This document shows, piece by piece, positions 38,636 to 48,659 of a stretch of DNA of 64,000 nt. The notes beneath the pieces are model-generated. The model searched no databases and was not told the DNA's origin. It saw nothing but the letters and a program-made list of their open reading frames with translations. A program made the position numbers and the translations under genes. Numbering within the stretch: the first letter of the stretch is position 1; every line of letters starts with the position of its first letter. The DNA comes from Candidatus Izemoplasmatales bacterium (GTDB lineage: Bacteria; Bacillota_I; Bacilli_A; Izemoplasmatales; Hujiaoplasmataceae), in contig JBMNEZ010000001.1 of assembly GCA_050949045.1 (NCBI GenBank), positions 640,001 through 704,000 on the forward strand. The letters are read 5' to 3'.

Positions 38636-39313
38636 TCCCTTGCGTCGCATTTCTTCGATTATAGATACATAACGGCCGTCGCCGACAACTATATGATCGG
38701 CAACCCTGATCTGCATCAATTCGCCGATCTCGATAAATTTCTTGGTAATGGCGATGTCTTCTTCGGAAGGAGCCGGATCGCCAGAAGGATGGTTATGCAC
38801 GAGAATCAGTTGATAAGCCGAATGTTTCACAGCGTACTTGAACACTTCCCGGGGATGGATCAGCGATTGGTTCAAGCTGCCGACATAAATCTTTTTGGCC
38901 GCAATCAAATTCATCTTCAAATCGAGATACAAGGCATAGAGAACCTCTTGCTTGAGCCCCGTCAACTCGCCCTTTAACAACTGATAGACATCAGTTGGCG
39001 AGCCGATGTGCTCCCGTTCGGCATGATAGTCCGTCACTCGGCGCCCGAGTTCGATCGCAGCGAGCAAGGTGACAGCCTTCGCCAAACCCATACCCTTGAT
39101 GGCAGCCAGTTCGGTGACAGTTTTGTCTTGAAGCTCTGCTAATGTACCGCCCAAACCGACGATTTCCCGGGCGAGATCAAGCGCCGAGAATGAACGACTA
39201 CCGGTTCTGATCACGATCGCGATCAACTCCTGAATGCTCAGGGCGGAGACTCCATACTTGACGAGTCGCTCCCGCGGCCGCTCTTGTTTAGGCAAGTCTT
39301 TAATCAAATACAC
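38612..39313 (-). CDS. radC: RadC (JAB domain) protein
   Basis: ERPRERL, IHPREVF, HNHPSGDPAPSEED, DHIVVG motifs. Confidence 0.95.
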   Translation of the reverse strand: MYLIKDLPKQERPRERLVKYGVSALSIQELIAIVIRTGSRSFSALDLAREIVGLGGTLAELQDKTVTELAAIKGMGLAKAVTLLAAIELGRRVTDYHAEREHIGSPTDVYQLLKGELTGLKQEVLYALYLDLKMNLIAAKKIYVGSLNQSLIHPREVFKYAVKHSAYQLILVHNHPSGDPAPSEEDIAITKKFIEIGELMQIRVADHIVVGDGRYVSIIEEMRRKGQNKRPHR

Positions 39314-39377
39314 AAGAACACCCTTGAAGAATACTACGCGTAACGGCTCTTGCTTCTTTAATTATCTCAATATCCGC

Positions 39378-40655
39378 TTACCATTCGCCGACAATCAGCC
39401 TCCTGATTTCTGAGACAAAGTATAGTGATCCGGTGATAAGGAGAATCTCATTTTTATCTAGTTTTTCCCTGAGCCTGTAAAAAGCCTGCTTAAAATCAAC
39501 TTCGATATACTTGGAAGGGTGATGGCTTTCATTGAACAAATCAACCGCGTTTGCTCTTCTCGGATAGTCGATCTCGGTGAAGTGGAACTCGTCCACAAAA
39601 TTGTCGAGCTCGCTGATCGCTTTTTCATGCTCTTTGTCTGCCATCATACAGAAAAGGCAGATCACTCTCTGATCCGGGTAAACCGAAGCCAGTGTCTTAC
39701 GCAAGGATTCGATCCCCCCGATGTTGTGGGCGCCGTCGAGGACTATCTTGTCCTCGAAGATCTCAAAGCGCCCCGGCCATGATGTCCTGAGGAGACCGTT
39801 CTTGATGTTTTCCTCACTGATTGGAAGCCGTTTTCGCTGTTTCAGGGTCCGGACGACCTCGATCGCCAGCGTGGCGTTCTTGACCTGATGATAGCCCAAA
39901 AGGCGCAGTTCATACGTCTCTGAACAATATCTGAAAGTCGTCCGCTGTTTGACCGAAACATGATCGACTTTGGTAAAATCGATGATCTTGAGCTCTGCTT
40001 TTTTCTTCGCCGTTTCCGAATAAAAAAGCGGGAAGAGATGCTTGTTTTCGATCGAACTGACAAGCGGCACGCCTTCCTTGACGATGCCGAGTTTGTTGAT
40101 GGCGATGCTTTCGAGGGTACTGCCAAGCTGCTTCATGTGGTCAAAGGAGATATTGGTGATGCAAGCGACTTCTGGGACAATGACATTTGTCGCATCAAGG
40201 AGGCCGCCGAGGCCGGCTTCGAACACCGCATAGTCAACCTTTTCGTCGCGGTAATAGAGAAACGCGATCAGGGTTAAAACCTCAAAAAAGGTGATGACCT
40301 CACCGTATTGTTTTTGGTACTCTTCCCAGAATCCGCGTATGAAATTGGCATAATCAAGCAGACGTTCATCGCTGATATAATAATCGTCGATCCCGATCCT
40401 CTCGTTGAAGAAGACAACATAGGGAGATGTATAGATGCCGGTTTTGTATCCGGCATCCGAAAGAATGTTTTTAATGAAATTGGCGGTTGAACCCTTGCCG
40501 TTGGTGCCTGCCACATGGATCGATTTGAAACTTTGTTCCGGGTGACCGAGCAATTCACATGCCCGCCTCATCCGGGATAGGTCGAGTTTATCGCCGAAAC
40601 GATGGATGTTCTCGATCCAGTTTTTCGCTTCCGCAAAAGTCAGGAATGCTGTCAT
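39378..40655 (-). CDS. folC: Folylpolyglutamate synthase/dihydrofolate synthase
   Basis: HVAGTNGKGST, EAGLGGLLDATN, WPGRFE, LDGAHN, TGSLY motifs; ATGA-type overlap with valS. Confidence 0.96.
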   Translation of the reverse strand: MTAFLTFAEAKNWIENIHRFGDKLDLSRMRRACELLGHPEQSFKSIHVAGTNGKGSTANFIKNILSDAGYKTGIYTSPYVVFFNERIGIDDYYISDERLLDYANFIRGFWEEYQKQYGEVITFFEVLTLIAFLYYRDEKVDYAVFEAGLGGLLDATNVIVPEVACITNISFDHMKQLGSTLESIAINKLGIVKEGVPLVSSIENKHLFPLFYSETAKKKAELKIIDFTKVDHVSVKQRTTFRYCSETYELRLLGYHQVKNATLAIEVVRTLKQRKRLPISEENIKNGLLRTSWPGRFEIFEDKIVLDGAHNIGGIESLRKTLASVYPDQRVICLFCMMADKEHEKAISELDNFVDEFHFTEIDYPRRANAVDLFNESHHPSKYIEVDFKQAFYRLREKLDKNEILLITGSLYFVSEIRRLIVGEW

Positions 40656-43234
40656 TTAGTAAGCTCCTTGATGTTGTTAATGGTTTCTAGTAGTCGGCGT
40701 TCGTAGAGAGCTAGTTTCTGTTCTTCCTGTTCGATCTTTTCCTTGGGTGCCTTGCCAAGGAAACCAGGATTGGCGAGCAGTCCTTTCGCCCTTTTGATCT
40801 CGGCTTCAAGGTCCGCCTGTACCTTTTCCAAACGCGCCAGCTCGGCATCTTCATCAATTAAAGAGCCGAGCGGAACATAGAAGGAAACTTCATGGAAGAC
40901 AATCGCGATCGTCTTCTTCATTGCGCTTTTTTGTTTGAGATAGACTATTTCACCGATATTGCAGAACTTCTCGAGATACTGGAGATTGCCGTGGATGAAC
41001 TCATTCGTCTCCTCATTGCCTTCGACAAAAAGAGGGATCGGCTTCTGATAGGCGACTTGGTATTGGTTCCGCAACTGGCGAAGTTGTTTGATCAATTCGA
41101 AGAAATATTCTTTGTTTTCGGTTTCGGGGAATTCCATCCTGTTTTGTGTCGGCCAGTCTGCCGTCATAATCGATAGTTTATGGCCGGGCAGCCTCTGATA
41201 GATATCCTCGGTCACAAACGGCATGAAGGGATGGTTGAGTTTCAAGATGGCCTCAAGGACATCGAGCAACACTCTTCTGGTCGTGGGATTGTCCTGGTCG
41301 ACCTTGCTCATCTCCAGATACCAAGAGGCGAAATCATCCCAAGTGAAGTTGTAGATAACCTTGGCAGCCTCGCCGAACTCGTATCTTTCCAACAAATCAT
41401 CAGCCTGTTGAAGCATCCGATTCAAGCGGTGGATGATCCATTTGTCCGCGAAACTGAGTTGTCCAGGTTCGAGCACTGGACTGGGGTCCCCGTGTTTATC
41501 CAAAACCTGGAGAACATAGCGGCTGATGTTCCAAATCTTGTTGATGTAGTTCCAACTGGATTCGACTTTCTCCTGTTCATATCTGAGATCCTGCCCGAGG
41601 GCGGAATTGGTGGCGATAAAGTAACGGAGCGCATCGGCGCCGTAGTCTTCGATAACATCGATCGGGTCGACGCCGTTGCCGAGCGATTTTGACATCTTGC
41701 GTCCCTCGGAATCACGGATCAGACCGTGGATCAGACACTGGCGGAACGGAGACTTGCCAGTGAACTCGATTCCTGTGAAAATCATTCTGGCAACCCAGAA
41801 AAAGATGATATCATAGGCGGTTACCAGCACATCGGTTGGATAATAACGCTGGTATAGGTGGCTGTCCTCGTCTGGCCAGCCCAATGTTGAAAACGGCCAT
41901 AAAGCCGAGGAGAACCAAGTATCGAGCACGTCTTCGTCCTGAACCCAGTCCGCTCCGGGAGCTTCATGGCCACAGAAAACTTCGTCGCCTTTGTACCAGA
42001 CAGGCAGTCTGTGTCCCCACCATAGTTGCCGGGATATGCACCAGTCTTCGAGTTCGCTCATCCAGTTTTCATACATTTTCCGGAACCGTTCCGGGATAAA
42101 TTCGACAGTGCTCTTTTCCAGTGCATTCCCGGCGAGTTCCTTCATCGCCACAAACCACTGTTTTGACAATCTCGGCTCGATGATGATGCCCGTTCTTTCG
42201 CTATGGCCGATGCTGTGGATTATTTCCTCGGTCTTTTTCAAAAGTCCCAGCCTATCCAATTCCGCCACGACCGCTTTACGGCAGGCAAAACGCTCCATAC
42301 CCTCAAAGCGGCCGGCTAGTTGGTTCATCGTGCCGTCTTCATTCATACACAGCGGCATTTCCAAATGGTGGCGTTTGCCCACGACAAAATCGTTCGGATC
42401 GTGCGCCGGAGTGACTTTGACGGCACCGGTTCCGAACTCTTTGTCGACAAAAGTGTCAACGATGATCGGGATTGTCCTTTCTGTCGTCGGGATGCGAACT
42501 AATTTTCCATGAAGATGGTGGTAGCGCCCGTCATCCGGATGAACCATCAGCGCCGTATCGGCGAACATCGTTTCCGGACGCGTCGTGGCAACCGTCACAA
42601 ACCCGCTTCCGTCCGCAAGGGGATAATCATAGTAGTACATGGTACCCCGGGTTTCTTCGTGCTCAATCTCAATATTTGAAAGCGCTGTTTTCGCTTCCAC
42701 ATCCCAGTTGATGATGCGCACGCCGCGATAGATGTATCCCTTGTTATAAAGGGCGATGAAAACTTTCTCTACAGCTTTGGACAAGCCTTGATCCAAGGTA
42801 AACCGTTCAAGGTTATAATCAAGCGATAACCCCATCGTCCGCCATTGCTCGCGGATGAAATCGGCATGCTCTTTTTTCCAATTCCAGGCTTCCTTGAGAT
42901 ACTTTTCCCTCCCAAGATGAAAGCGGTCAATACCCTGCTCGCGGAGTTTCTGGTCGACGCGGGCCTGGGTGGCGATGCCGGCATGATCCATTCCGGGAAG
43001 ATAGAGGGCATCGTAGCCCTGCATCCGCTTCCTGCGGATGATGATGTCTTGGAGCGTATTGTTCCAACAATGCCCAAGATGAAGTTTGCCGGTGATGTTG
43101 GGTGGGGGAATGACAATCGTGAACGGTTTTTTCATCATGTCTCCGGAGGCAAACAGGTTGTTTTTGAGCCAAAAGTCGTATTTTCCCCGTTCAACTTCGG
43201 TGTGATCGTATTTTTGTTTCATCTCAATTGCCAT
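40652..43234 (-). CDS. valS: Valine--tRNA ligase
   Basis: PPPNITGKLHLGH, DWCISRQLWWGH, KMSKS motifs and C-terminal coiled coil; AAGGTGA RBS before MAIEM. Confidence 0.98.
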   Translation of the reverse strand: MAIEMKQKYDHTEVERGKYDFWLKNNLFASGDMMKKPFTIVIPPPNITGKLHLGHCWNNTLQDIIIRRKRMQGYDALYLPGMDHAGIATQARVDQKLREQGIDRFHLGREKYLKEAWNWKKEHADFIREQWRTMGLSLDYNLERFTLDQGLSKAVEKVFIALYNKGYIYRGVRIINWDVEAKTALSNIEIEHEETRGTMYYYDYPLADGSGFVTVATTRPETMFADTALMVHPDDGRYHHLHGKLVRIPTTERTIPIIVDTFVDKEFGTGAVKVTPAHDPNDFVVGKRHHLEMPLCMNEDGTMNQLAGRFEGMERFACRKAVVAELDRLGLLKKTEEIIHSIGHSERTGIIIEPRLSKQWFVAMKELAGNALEKSTVEFIPERFRKMYENWMSELEDWCISRQLWWGHRLPVWYKGDEVFCGHEAPGADWVQDEDVLDTWFSSALWPFSTLGWPDEDSHLYQRYYPTDVLVTAYDIIFFWVARMIFTGIEFTGKSPFRQCLIHGLIRDSEGRKMSKSLGNGVDPIDVIEDYGADALRYFIATNSALGQDLRYEQEKVESSWNYINKIWNISRYVLQVLDKHGDPSPVLEPGQLSFADKWIIHRLNRMLQQADDLLERYEFGEAAKVIYNFTWDDFASWYLEMSKVDQDNPTTRRVLLDVLEAILKLNHPFMPFVTEDIYQRLPGHKLSIMTADWPTQNRMEFPETENKEYFFELIKQLRQLRNQYQVAYQKPIPLFVEGNEETNEFIHGNLQYLEKFCNIGEIVYLKQKSAMKKTIAIVFHEVSFYVPLGSLIDEDAELARLEKVQADLEAEIKRAKGLLANPGFLGKAPKEKIEQEEQKLALYERRLLETINNIKELTK

Positions 43235-43703
43235 ATGCTTCACCTTCAATCAGATTCCGTTTGTTTCCATAATAAGCCATGATCGCCTCGTAGTTGTCTT
43301 GCGAATGAATCCTTGGCAACGCATCCAAGCCATAATAAGCCAACTCGAGAGACTCGCTGTCATTGATTTTAAGCGTTCCGCCGACGACTTCGCCTATAAA
43401 GGCGAAAGCGACGACCCTGGCTTCATCACGTTCCCGCCAGCGCATCAAGGGATTGTTGAAGACGCCGAGGAAACCGGTGATCTCGATATCGAGATTGGTT
43501 TCTTCCTTCACTTCGCGAATAGCGCACGCAGCGATCGGTTCATCGAGTTCAAGAAGGCCTCCGGGAAGACCCCAAAGACCATTGTCAGCTCTTTTTTGAA
43601 GTAGAACTTCATTATTTTGATTGACGATGACAACGCTGGTCGCGATCAGGATGACTTTGCTGTCGCCGACCATCTTTCTTAGATATCCGATATAATTTTC
43701 CAT
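43224..43703 (-). CDS. NUDIX hydrolase
   Basis: Nudix box PGGLLELDE-x7-REVKEETNL. Confidence 0.92.
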   Translation of the reverse strand: MENYIGYLRKMVGDSKVILIATSVVIVNQNNEVLLQKRADNGLWGLPGGLLELDEPIAACAIREVKEETNLDIEITGFLGVFNNPLMRWRERDEARVVAFAFIGEVVGGTLKINDSESLELAYYGLDALPRIHSQDNYEAIMAYYGNKRNLIEGEAYGN

Positions 43704-43712
43704 GTCCTGCTC

Positions 43713-43930
43713 CTAAAAAAAATCGCCCTTCAAAAGGACGATTGCTCGCGGTACCACCTTTGTTCCGGCTGATGCCGGCTCTTGGATCCGTTAACGCCGG
43801 CAACGTCCGGAACTACTGGATTTCATCCCGGCTACTCGATGGCGACATTCGCCGTGCCTGCCGCTAGACTTTCACCAACCGTCTAGTCGCTTGTTTTCCT
43901 GGCGCGGCTACTCTTCCACTTCGTCGTATT
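43713..43930 (-). ncRNA. T-box riboswitch, Val specifier
   Basis: AAAGGTGGTACCGCG T-box (43747-43761); terminator ATCGTCCTT-ttg-AAGGGCGAT plus T-run; stem I with GGTGAAAG loop; candidate specifier GTC at 43844-43846. Confidence 0.92.
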
Positions 43931-44611
43931 TGACTTGTATTTTAACAAATTGTTCTCTCTTTGTAAAGTGGTTTCATGATAATTCTCGATTACAATAATC
44001 CCCGCACAAAAAGAGATTTTGAGAAAGCTGATCGCCAGTCTTCCGTCAAGAAATTCGATAAGTTCAGAAAAAAGGTGATAATGTTCATTATCGTCCCAAA
44101 GATCTAAGCATGATTCCCGACAATCTTCACGTTCGCTTTTATTTTGAAACAGAACATCTCCGATCAAAATCTTTCCCATCGGCTCCAAATGCTGAAGCAG
44201 ATGGTCGATCATCTTGATTAAGTGAGCGAGATCCAAATGATGAAAAGCATAGGTTGAAACAATGAAGTCAAACTTCTCTTTCATAAACGGTCCGGGAATC
44301 CCGCCAGTGAAATCATGGACCTCGAGTCTCGCCGAAGGTACAAGCAGTCTCGCCCGCTCAAGCATCTTCTCGGAGATGTCCGAGCCAAACAGCCTGATTC
44401 TCTCTGGCGGCAGTTTCCGGTAAAGCGAAGCTGTGCCGATGCCTAGATCAAGTATCTTCAAGGTAGACTCCAACTTGTTGCTCAGGATATACCTAGCGAT
44501 GGTGGTCAGCACTTCGTCATAGCCGGCGAATGGAAACAGATTCCGCTGGTCGGCTTCTTGGACTTGTTGGTCGTAATCATCGGCGATGCGGTCAAATATG
44601 GCTTTCCACAT
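43883..44611 (-). CDS. Class I SAM-dependent methyltransferase
   Basis: ILDLGIGT motif I, DISEKML, STYAFHHL motifs; GGAGG RBS before MWKAIFD. Confidence 0.88.
   Translation of the reverse strand: MWKAIFDRIADDYDQQVQEADQRNLFPFAGYDEVLTTIARYILSNKLESTLKILDLGIGTASLYRKLPPERIRLFGSDISEKMLERARLLVPSARLEVHDFTGGIPGPFMKEKFDFIVSTYAFHHLDLAHLIKMIDHLLQHLEPMGKILIGDVLFQNKSEREDCRESCLDLWDDNEHYHLFSELIEFLDGRLAISFLKISFCAGIIVIENYHETTLQRENNLLKYKSNTTKWKSSRARKTSD
43939..43967 (-). promoter_or_regulatory. Putative SigA promoter for the Val T-box leader, inside the methyltransferase CDS
   Basis: TTTACA-17-TAAAAT with extended TG. Confidence 0.65.
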
Positions 44612-44613
44612 AG

Positions 44614-45207
44614 CTATTCCTCCAATCCGATCCGGTTTCCGAGTTCGTCCAGAATCAGTTCGCGATTTTCTTTGGTCTTGGATGAAAACCAAAAAATTTT
44701 CTCGGTTTCAGCCAATCCGAGGTTTTTGGTTATCAGTTTCGTCTGTCGCTGTCTTTGACTGAAAGACAGTTTGTCGGCTTTGGTCAGCACAAAGAGAATA
44801 TCGATGTCGCGGCTGTTGAAATACGTCTTCATGACGATGTCATCGTGAGAGGGGAGCCTTCTAATATCCAGCAAGAAAACAGCGAGAGCGATCGGAGCCT
44901 TTGACTCAAGGTAGCCTTCGATGAGAATCCGGAAACGCTCAAGTGTTTTCTTGTCGACGTTCGCATAGCCATAGCCGGGCAGGTCGACGAGATAGAAGGC
45001 CTTGTTTATAAGAAAAAAATTGACGAGCCTGGTCTTCCCGGGTTTTTGCGAGGTACGGGCCACTTGGGAATTGTTCAAAATGGCATTGATGAACGATGAT
45101 TTCCCAACATTGCTGCGGCCCGCAAAAACCACCTGGGGCAGATTGTCTTTGGGAAACTGGTCGCTCCCGGCAGCGCTCCTGATGAATTCGATCGATCTGA
45201 TGATCAT
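44614..45207 (-). CDS. engB: Ribosome biogenesis GTPase YsxC/EngB
   Basis: GRSNVGKSS, PGKT, DLPGYG, TKADK motifs. Confidence 0.96.
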   Translation of the reverse strand: MIIRSIEFIRSAAGSDQFPKDNLPQVVFAGRSNVGKSSFINAILNNSQVARTSQKPGKTRLVNFFLINKAFYLVDLPGYGYANVDKKTLERFRILIEGYLESKAPIALAVFLLDIRRLPSHDDIVMKTYFNSRDIDILFVLTKADKLSFSQRQRQTKLITKNLGLAETEKIFWFSSKTKENRELILDELGNRIGLEE

Positions 45208-46526
45208 CAGACGCACCTCCCTCTACTGGATTTCCCGGATTTTTCATGCCTGAGGTAGTTAACCGTCGTAATCGCTCCCTCGGCGAAATATGTCTTTAAA
45301 CCTTCGAGGTCCGCAACCGTCAGGTGTTCGATATCTCCGAACAGCCTAAAGACATCGACACCGCGAAGACAGTATTCCGCAAGCATCGCATTAGCCCGCG
45401 AAACCGAATCGAAAACCTGGATGAAATTTCCGAGCAACTTGCGCTTTTGGATCTCGAAGTATTCGGCGGAGATGGCGGCGTTCTTAGTGCCGTGGATCAT
45501 CTCTTTGAAAACTGAAATCGTTTTTGGGCTGCTTTTCGTCTCGGTGAAAAGAGTCGCATAGGCAAAGCTCCGGTCGCAAGCGACGCCGATGTCGAAAGCG
45601 TTGTTGACGATTTTGGCAGCCTGCAGTTTTTTGAATGCGGGCGAGGCTTTGCCGTAAAGGTTGTCGAGAAGCAAATTGAGTTTGATCTCCTCGAGCGTGA
45701 TCTCGGCCTCATCGGCAGTTTTCAACGGCACCATTTTGACACCGGCAAGCACCAGATCGCTCATCAAATCGAAGTTGACGGTGAGATCGTGGTCTTTCCT
45801 TTCGATGTCTTCCTCTAAGAGAACTTCCGGTCTCAAAAACGGCTTTTGGTTCTGATTCAGCGGATGATTTTGTATCGATGCAAGCGTGCTGTCGTGATCG
45901 AAATCTCCGCTTAGAACCAAAACCATCGCTTGGGGATGATAAAAGGCGTCGAAGGCCTGTTTCAATATGGTTGTGGTGATTTCCTTCAAGGATGTTTTCG
46001 TGCCGGTGGTATCGAAACGGATTGGATGAAACGGATACATCAGGTTGAGCATGTCATAATAAAGACATTGTTCCGGATCGTCTTCATAAAGCTGGATCTC
46101 TTTCTCAATGATCGACTTTTCCTTCTCTATGCTCTCTTTAGTGAACTGGACAGCCATGATCATATCAAAGAGAACCGCAAGCGTCTCGGACAGGCCGTTT
46201 GTCGTTGAAAAATAGATTGCAGTCCGGTTATAGGTGGTATAAGCATTTACCGAGGCCCCGAGCAAAGCAAACTTGCGGACGATGTTTTCAGAAGTCGACT
46301 CGAACAGCATATGTTCAAGAAAATGGGCGGTACCGGCAGGAAACACGATTTGTTTGTTTTCGCAATCGAGTTTGACCCGGTGGGACAACGACCCGAAAGG
46401 AACGACCAAAGTCGCGGATTTCCGAACAAAACCGGGTTTGGGGAGGATGACAATCCTCATCCCTGAAGCGAGCGTTTCCTGGATTATGCTCTCCTTGAAG
46501 CGTGGATAGTCGGTTCTTTTAGCCAT
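45207..46526 (-). CDS. M16 family zinc peptidase, YmfH-like active subunit
   Basis: PAGTAHFLEH (HxxEH), NAYT, EKSIIEKE motifs. Confidence 0.9.
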   Translation of the reverse strand: MAKRTDYPRFKESIIQETLASGMRIVILPKPGFVRKSATLVVPFGSLSHRVKLDCENKQIVFPAGTAHFLEHMLFESTSENIVRKFALLGASVNAYTTYNRTAIYFSTTNGLSETLAVLFDMIMAVQFTKESIEKEKSIIEKEIQLYEDDPEQCLYYDMLNLMYPFHPIRFDTTGTKTSLKEITTTILKQAFDAFYHPQAMVLVLSGDFDHDSTLASIQNHPLNQNQKPFLRPEVLLEEDIERKDHDLTVNFDLMSDLVLAGVKMVPLKTADEAEITLEEIKLNLLLDNLYGKASPAFKKLQAAKIVNNAFDIGVACDRSFAYATLFTETKSSPKTISVFKEMIHGTKNAAISAEYFEIQKRKLLGNFIQVFDSVSRANAMLAEYCLRGVDVFRLFGDIEHLTVADLEGLKTYFAEGAITTVNYLRHEKSGKSSRGRCV

Positions 46527-47800
46527 CAGCCCTCACCCCTGTCGTGATAGACGAAGACGGTATCCTTGACAAGCCGTTTCTTTGCCTGGATGATATCTGC
46601 GACGGACACAGAGGCAAAGTGAGAAAGCAGTTCATCAATACCGATATCGCGTCTGAAAAGATGAAGGTTGACAAAAGTCTTGTCAATCAGAGCACTGGGA
46701 GAATCGACGCTTTCGCGGCCTTTTTTTTGCAGTTGCTCCTTCGCGATCCGTAAATCGGATTCAGTGATCGTCTCTTGATCCAGCCTTTCAATGACTTCGT
46801 CGATCAGAGCGAGAACCTGATCCTCATAACCGCGGTCGACGCCGGCGAAAACAAACAAAACACCCTTATTGCCGCTGTAAAATGTCTGGATGTCGTAGCT
46901 CATCCGCTGATCCTCGCGGATGGCTAGAAACAGTTTCGCTTGATCGGTGTCACCGAGGATCGTGTTCAAAACCACCATAGGGTAGAAAAGTGGATCATTC
47001 GTCCTGATGTTGGTTCGATAGCCGACGATGATCCTCGATTGGTTCAGCTTTGCCGTCTCGCGAACATCGGTGACCTGAGTTATCGTCTTGTCCTCGTCAT
47101 CAATCCAGTGACCTTCCTTGAAAGCCGGAGCTTTTCCAAGATACTTGCGCGCAAGCGTTGCGACAGCCTTTTCATCGACTTTGCCGATGACATAGAGTTC
47201 CCGGGAATCTTCATTGATCAGAGAACAATACTCGCTATAGAGCCGATCCTTGGTCAAACTTGACAGCGTCTGGACTTCACCTCTCGGAGAAAGCCTGAAA
47301 AGTTCGTCTTTAAACATGATCTTTGAGAACCGGTAAAAACTATAGGCGGCGCGATCGTGGTACATCGAGTCAAGTTCTTCGCTCAGGTTACGTTTCTCGA
47401 GTTCGAACAACCCACTCATGAAACCGCCTTTCACTAACTTCGGGTTTAAGACAATCTCGCCAAGCAGAGCGAAAGCTTCTTCGATCAAATCGGTATCTTT
47501 GGGAAGATAATCCCCGTTAATGAACGACAAATCAAAACTGATGACGCTCTGTTTCCCAAACTTCTGGGTCTGTGTCGCCAATTCCATGCCGTATAGTCCG
47601 TCAAGTTTCTGCTTGAGCAAAGCTCTTGACGGATATTTTCTTGTCGCTCCTGTCAACACTTCCGGTAACAGTGCTCTGGAATTGAGTGTAGCCTCGCTGA
47701 AAGGGGCGATGAATCGATAGGAAATCATGACGGACTTGAATTTGTCCGTCACTAAAGTGTTCGTTATCAAACCGTCGAGATTTTCTGTGATCAGTCTCAT
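46526..47800 (-). CDS. M16 family peptidase, YmfF-like non-catalytic subunit
   Basis: TDKFKS start, LFLAIRE motif, no HxxEH; paired with YmfH-like gene. Confidence 0.85.
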   Translation of the reverse strand: MRLITENLDGLITNTLVTDKFKSVMISYRFIAPFSEATLNSRALLPEVLTGATRKYPSRALLKQKLDGLYGMELATQTQKFGKQSVISFDLSFINGDYLPKDTDLIEEAFALLGEIVLNPKLVKGGFMSGLFELEKRNLSEELDSMYHDRAAYSFYRFSKIMFKDELFRLSPRGEVQTLSSLTKDRLYSEYCSLINEDSRELYVIGKVDEKAVATLARKYLGKAPAFKEGHWIDDEDKTITQVTDVRETAKLNQSRIIVGYRTNIRTNDPLFYPMVVLNTILGDTDQAKLFLAIREDQRMSYDIQTFYSGNKGVLFVFAGVDRGYEDQVLALIDEVIERLDQETITESDLRIAKEQLQKKGRESVDSPSALIDKTFVNLHLFRRDIGIDELLSHFASVSVADIIQAKKRLVKDTVFVYHDRGEG

Positions 47801-47849
47801 AGGCACCTCATGAGGCAATAGATGTCTATCAAATAAACATCAATCCCGA

Positions 47850-48557
47850 TCAAGCAAGTTCAAGTGCGATTTTCATCATGCTGGTGAACGCCGTCTGGCG
47901 CTCCTCGGGAGTGGTTTCAGCCAACGTCACCAGCGAATCGGAGATGGTCAGGAGGCAGGCAGCTTGTTTTCCCAGTGCGTTTGCCGTATGGAATAGGGCA
48001 AAAGATTCCATCTCAACGGCGACGCAGCCGTGTTTTTCTACCAAAAAGCGATAATGGTCGCGGTCTGCCCGGTAAAAGACATCACTGGAATGGACACGAC
48101 CCTTTTCCAGAGGGATCCCCAGCTTTTTTGCGATTGAAACCAGTTTTCGATTCAATTCCGGCGAAGCTTTCAAGATATGACGCTTTTCGCCGTTTTGCGC
48201 CTTGGCGAAGTTTGATTCGCTGTAGGCATCTTTTACAAGCAGGGTATCGAAAAGTTTGAGTTCCCGGGTGTAAGCCCCCGCTGAACCGATCCTGACGATC
48301 CGTTCAACCCCGAAGAACTGAAACAACTCATAGGCGTAGATACCGATCGAAGGCATGCCCATGCCCGACCCCATAACCGAGATGTCTCTTCCTTTATATT
48401 TTCCGGTGTAGCCGAACATGTTTCGGATGCTGTTGAAACAACAAACATCCGTCAGGAAATTGTCCGCTATGTGTTTAGCACGCAAAGGATCGCCCGGCAT
48501 CAAGACCGTTCTGGCGATTTCTCCCTTTTCTGCCTGGATATGGGGTGTGGCCATCAT
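47850..48557 (-). CDS. deoD: Purine-nucleoside phosphorylase, DeoD type
   Basis: TPHI, MPGDPLRA, GMGMPS, VEMES, TISD motifs. Confidence 0.97.
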   Translation of the reverse strand: MMATPHIQAEKGEIARTVLMPGDPLRAKHIADNFLTDVCCFNSIRNMFGYTGKYKGRDISVMGSGMGMPSIGIYAYELFQFFGVERIVRIGSAGAYTRELKLFDTLLVKDAYSESNFAKAQNGEKRHILKASPELNRKLVSIAKKLGIPLEKGRVHSSDVFYRADRDHYRFLVEKHGCVAVEMESFALFHTANALGKQAACLLTISDSLVTLAETTPEERQTAFTSMMKIALELA

Positions 48558-48659
48558 CTCACATCCTTATCAATCAAATCAACCTTTTTATTCAAACAAG
48601 CGCCGATGAACATCTTAGGCAAGTTGAAAAATAAAATCGCTGCCGTTAGCTGAGGTAAA

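Noticed and set aside
39314..39377. Shared competence promoter motif upstream of radC and the short ssb
   Set aside because: No convincing ComX (TACGAATA) or ComK box was found in either upstream region.
48560..48659. Purine riboswitch or operator between deoC and deoD
   Set aside because: No TTTCTACC junction or kissing-loop motifs; only a weak AT-rich imperfect inverted repeat.
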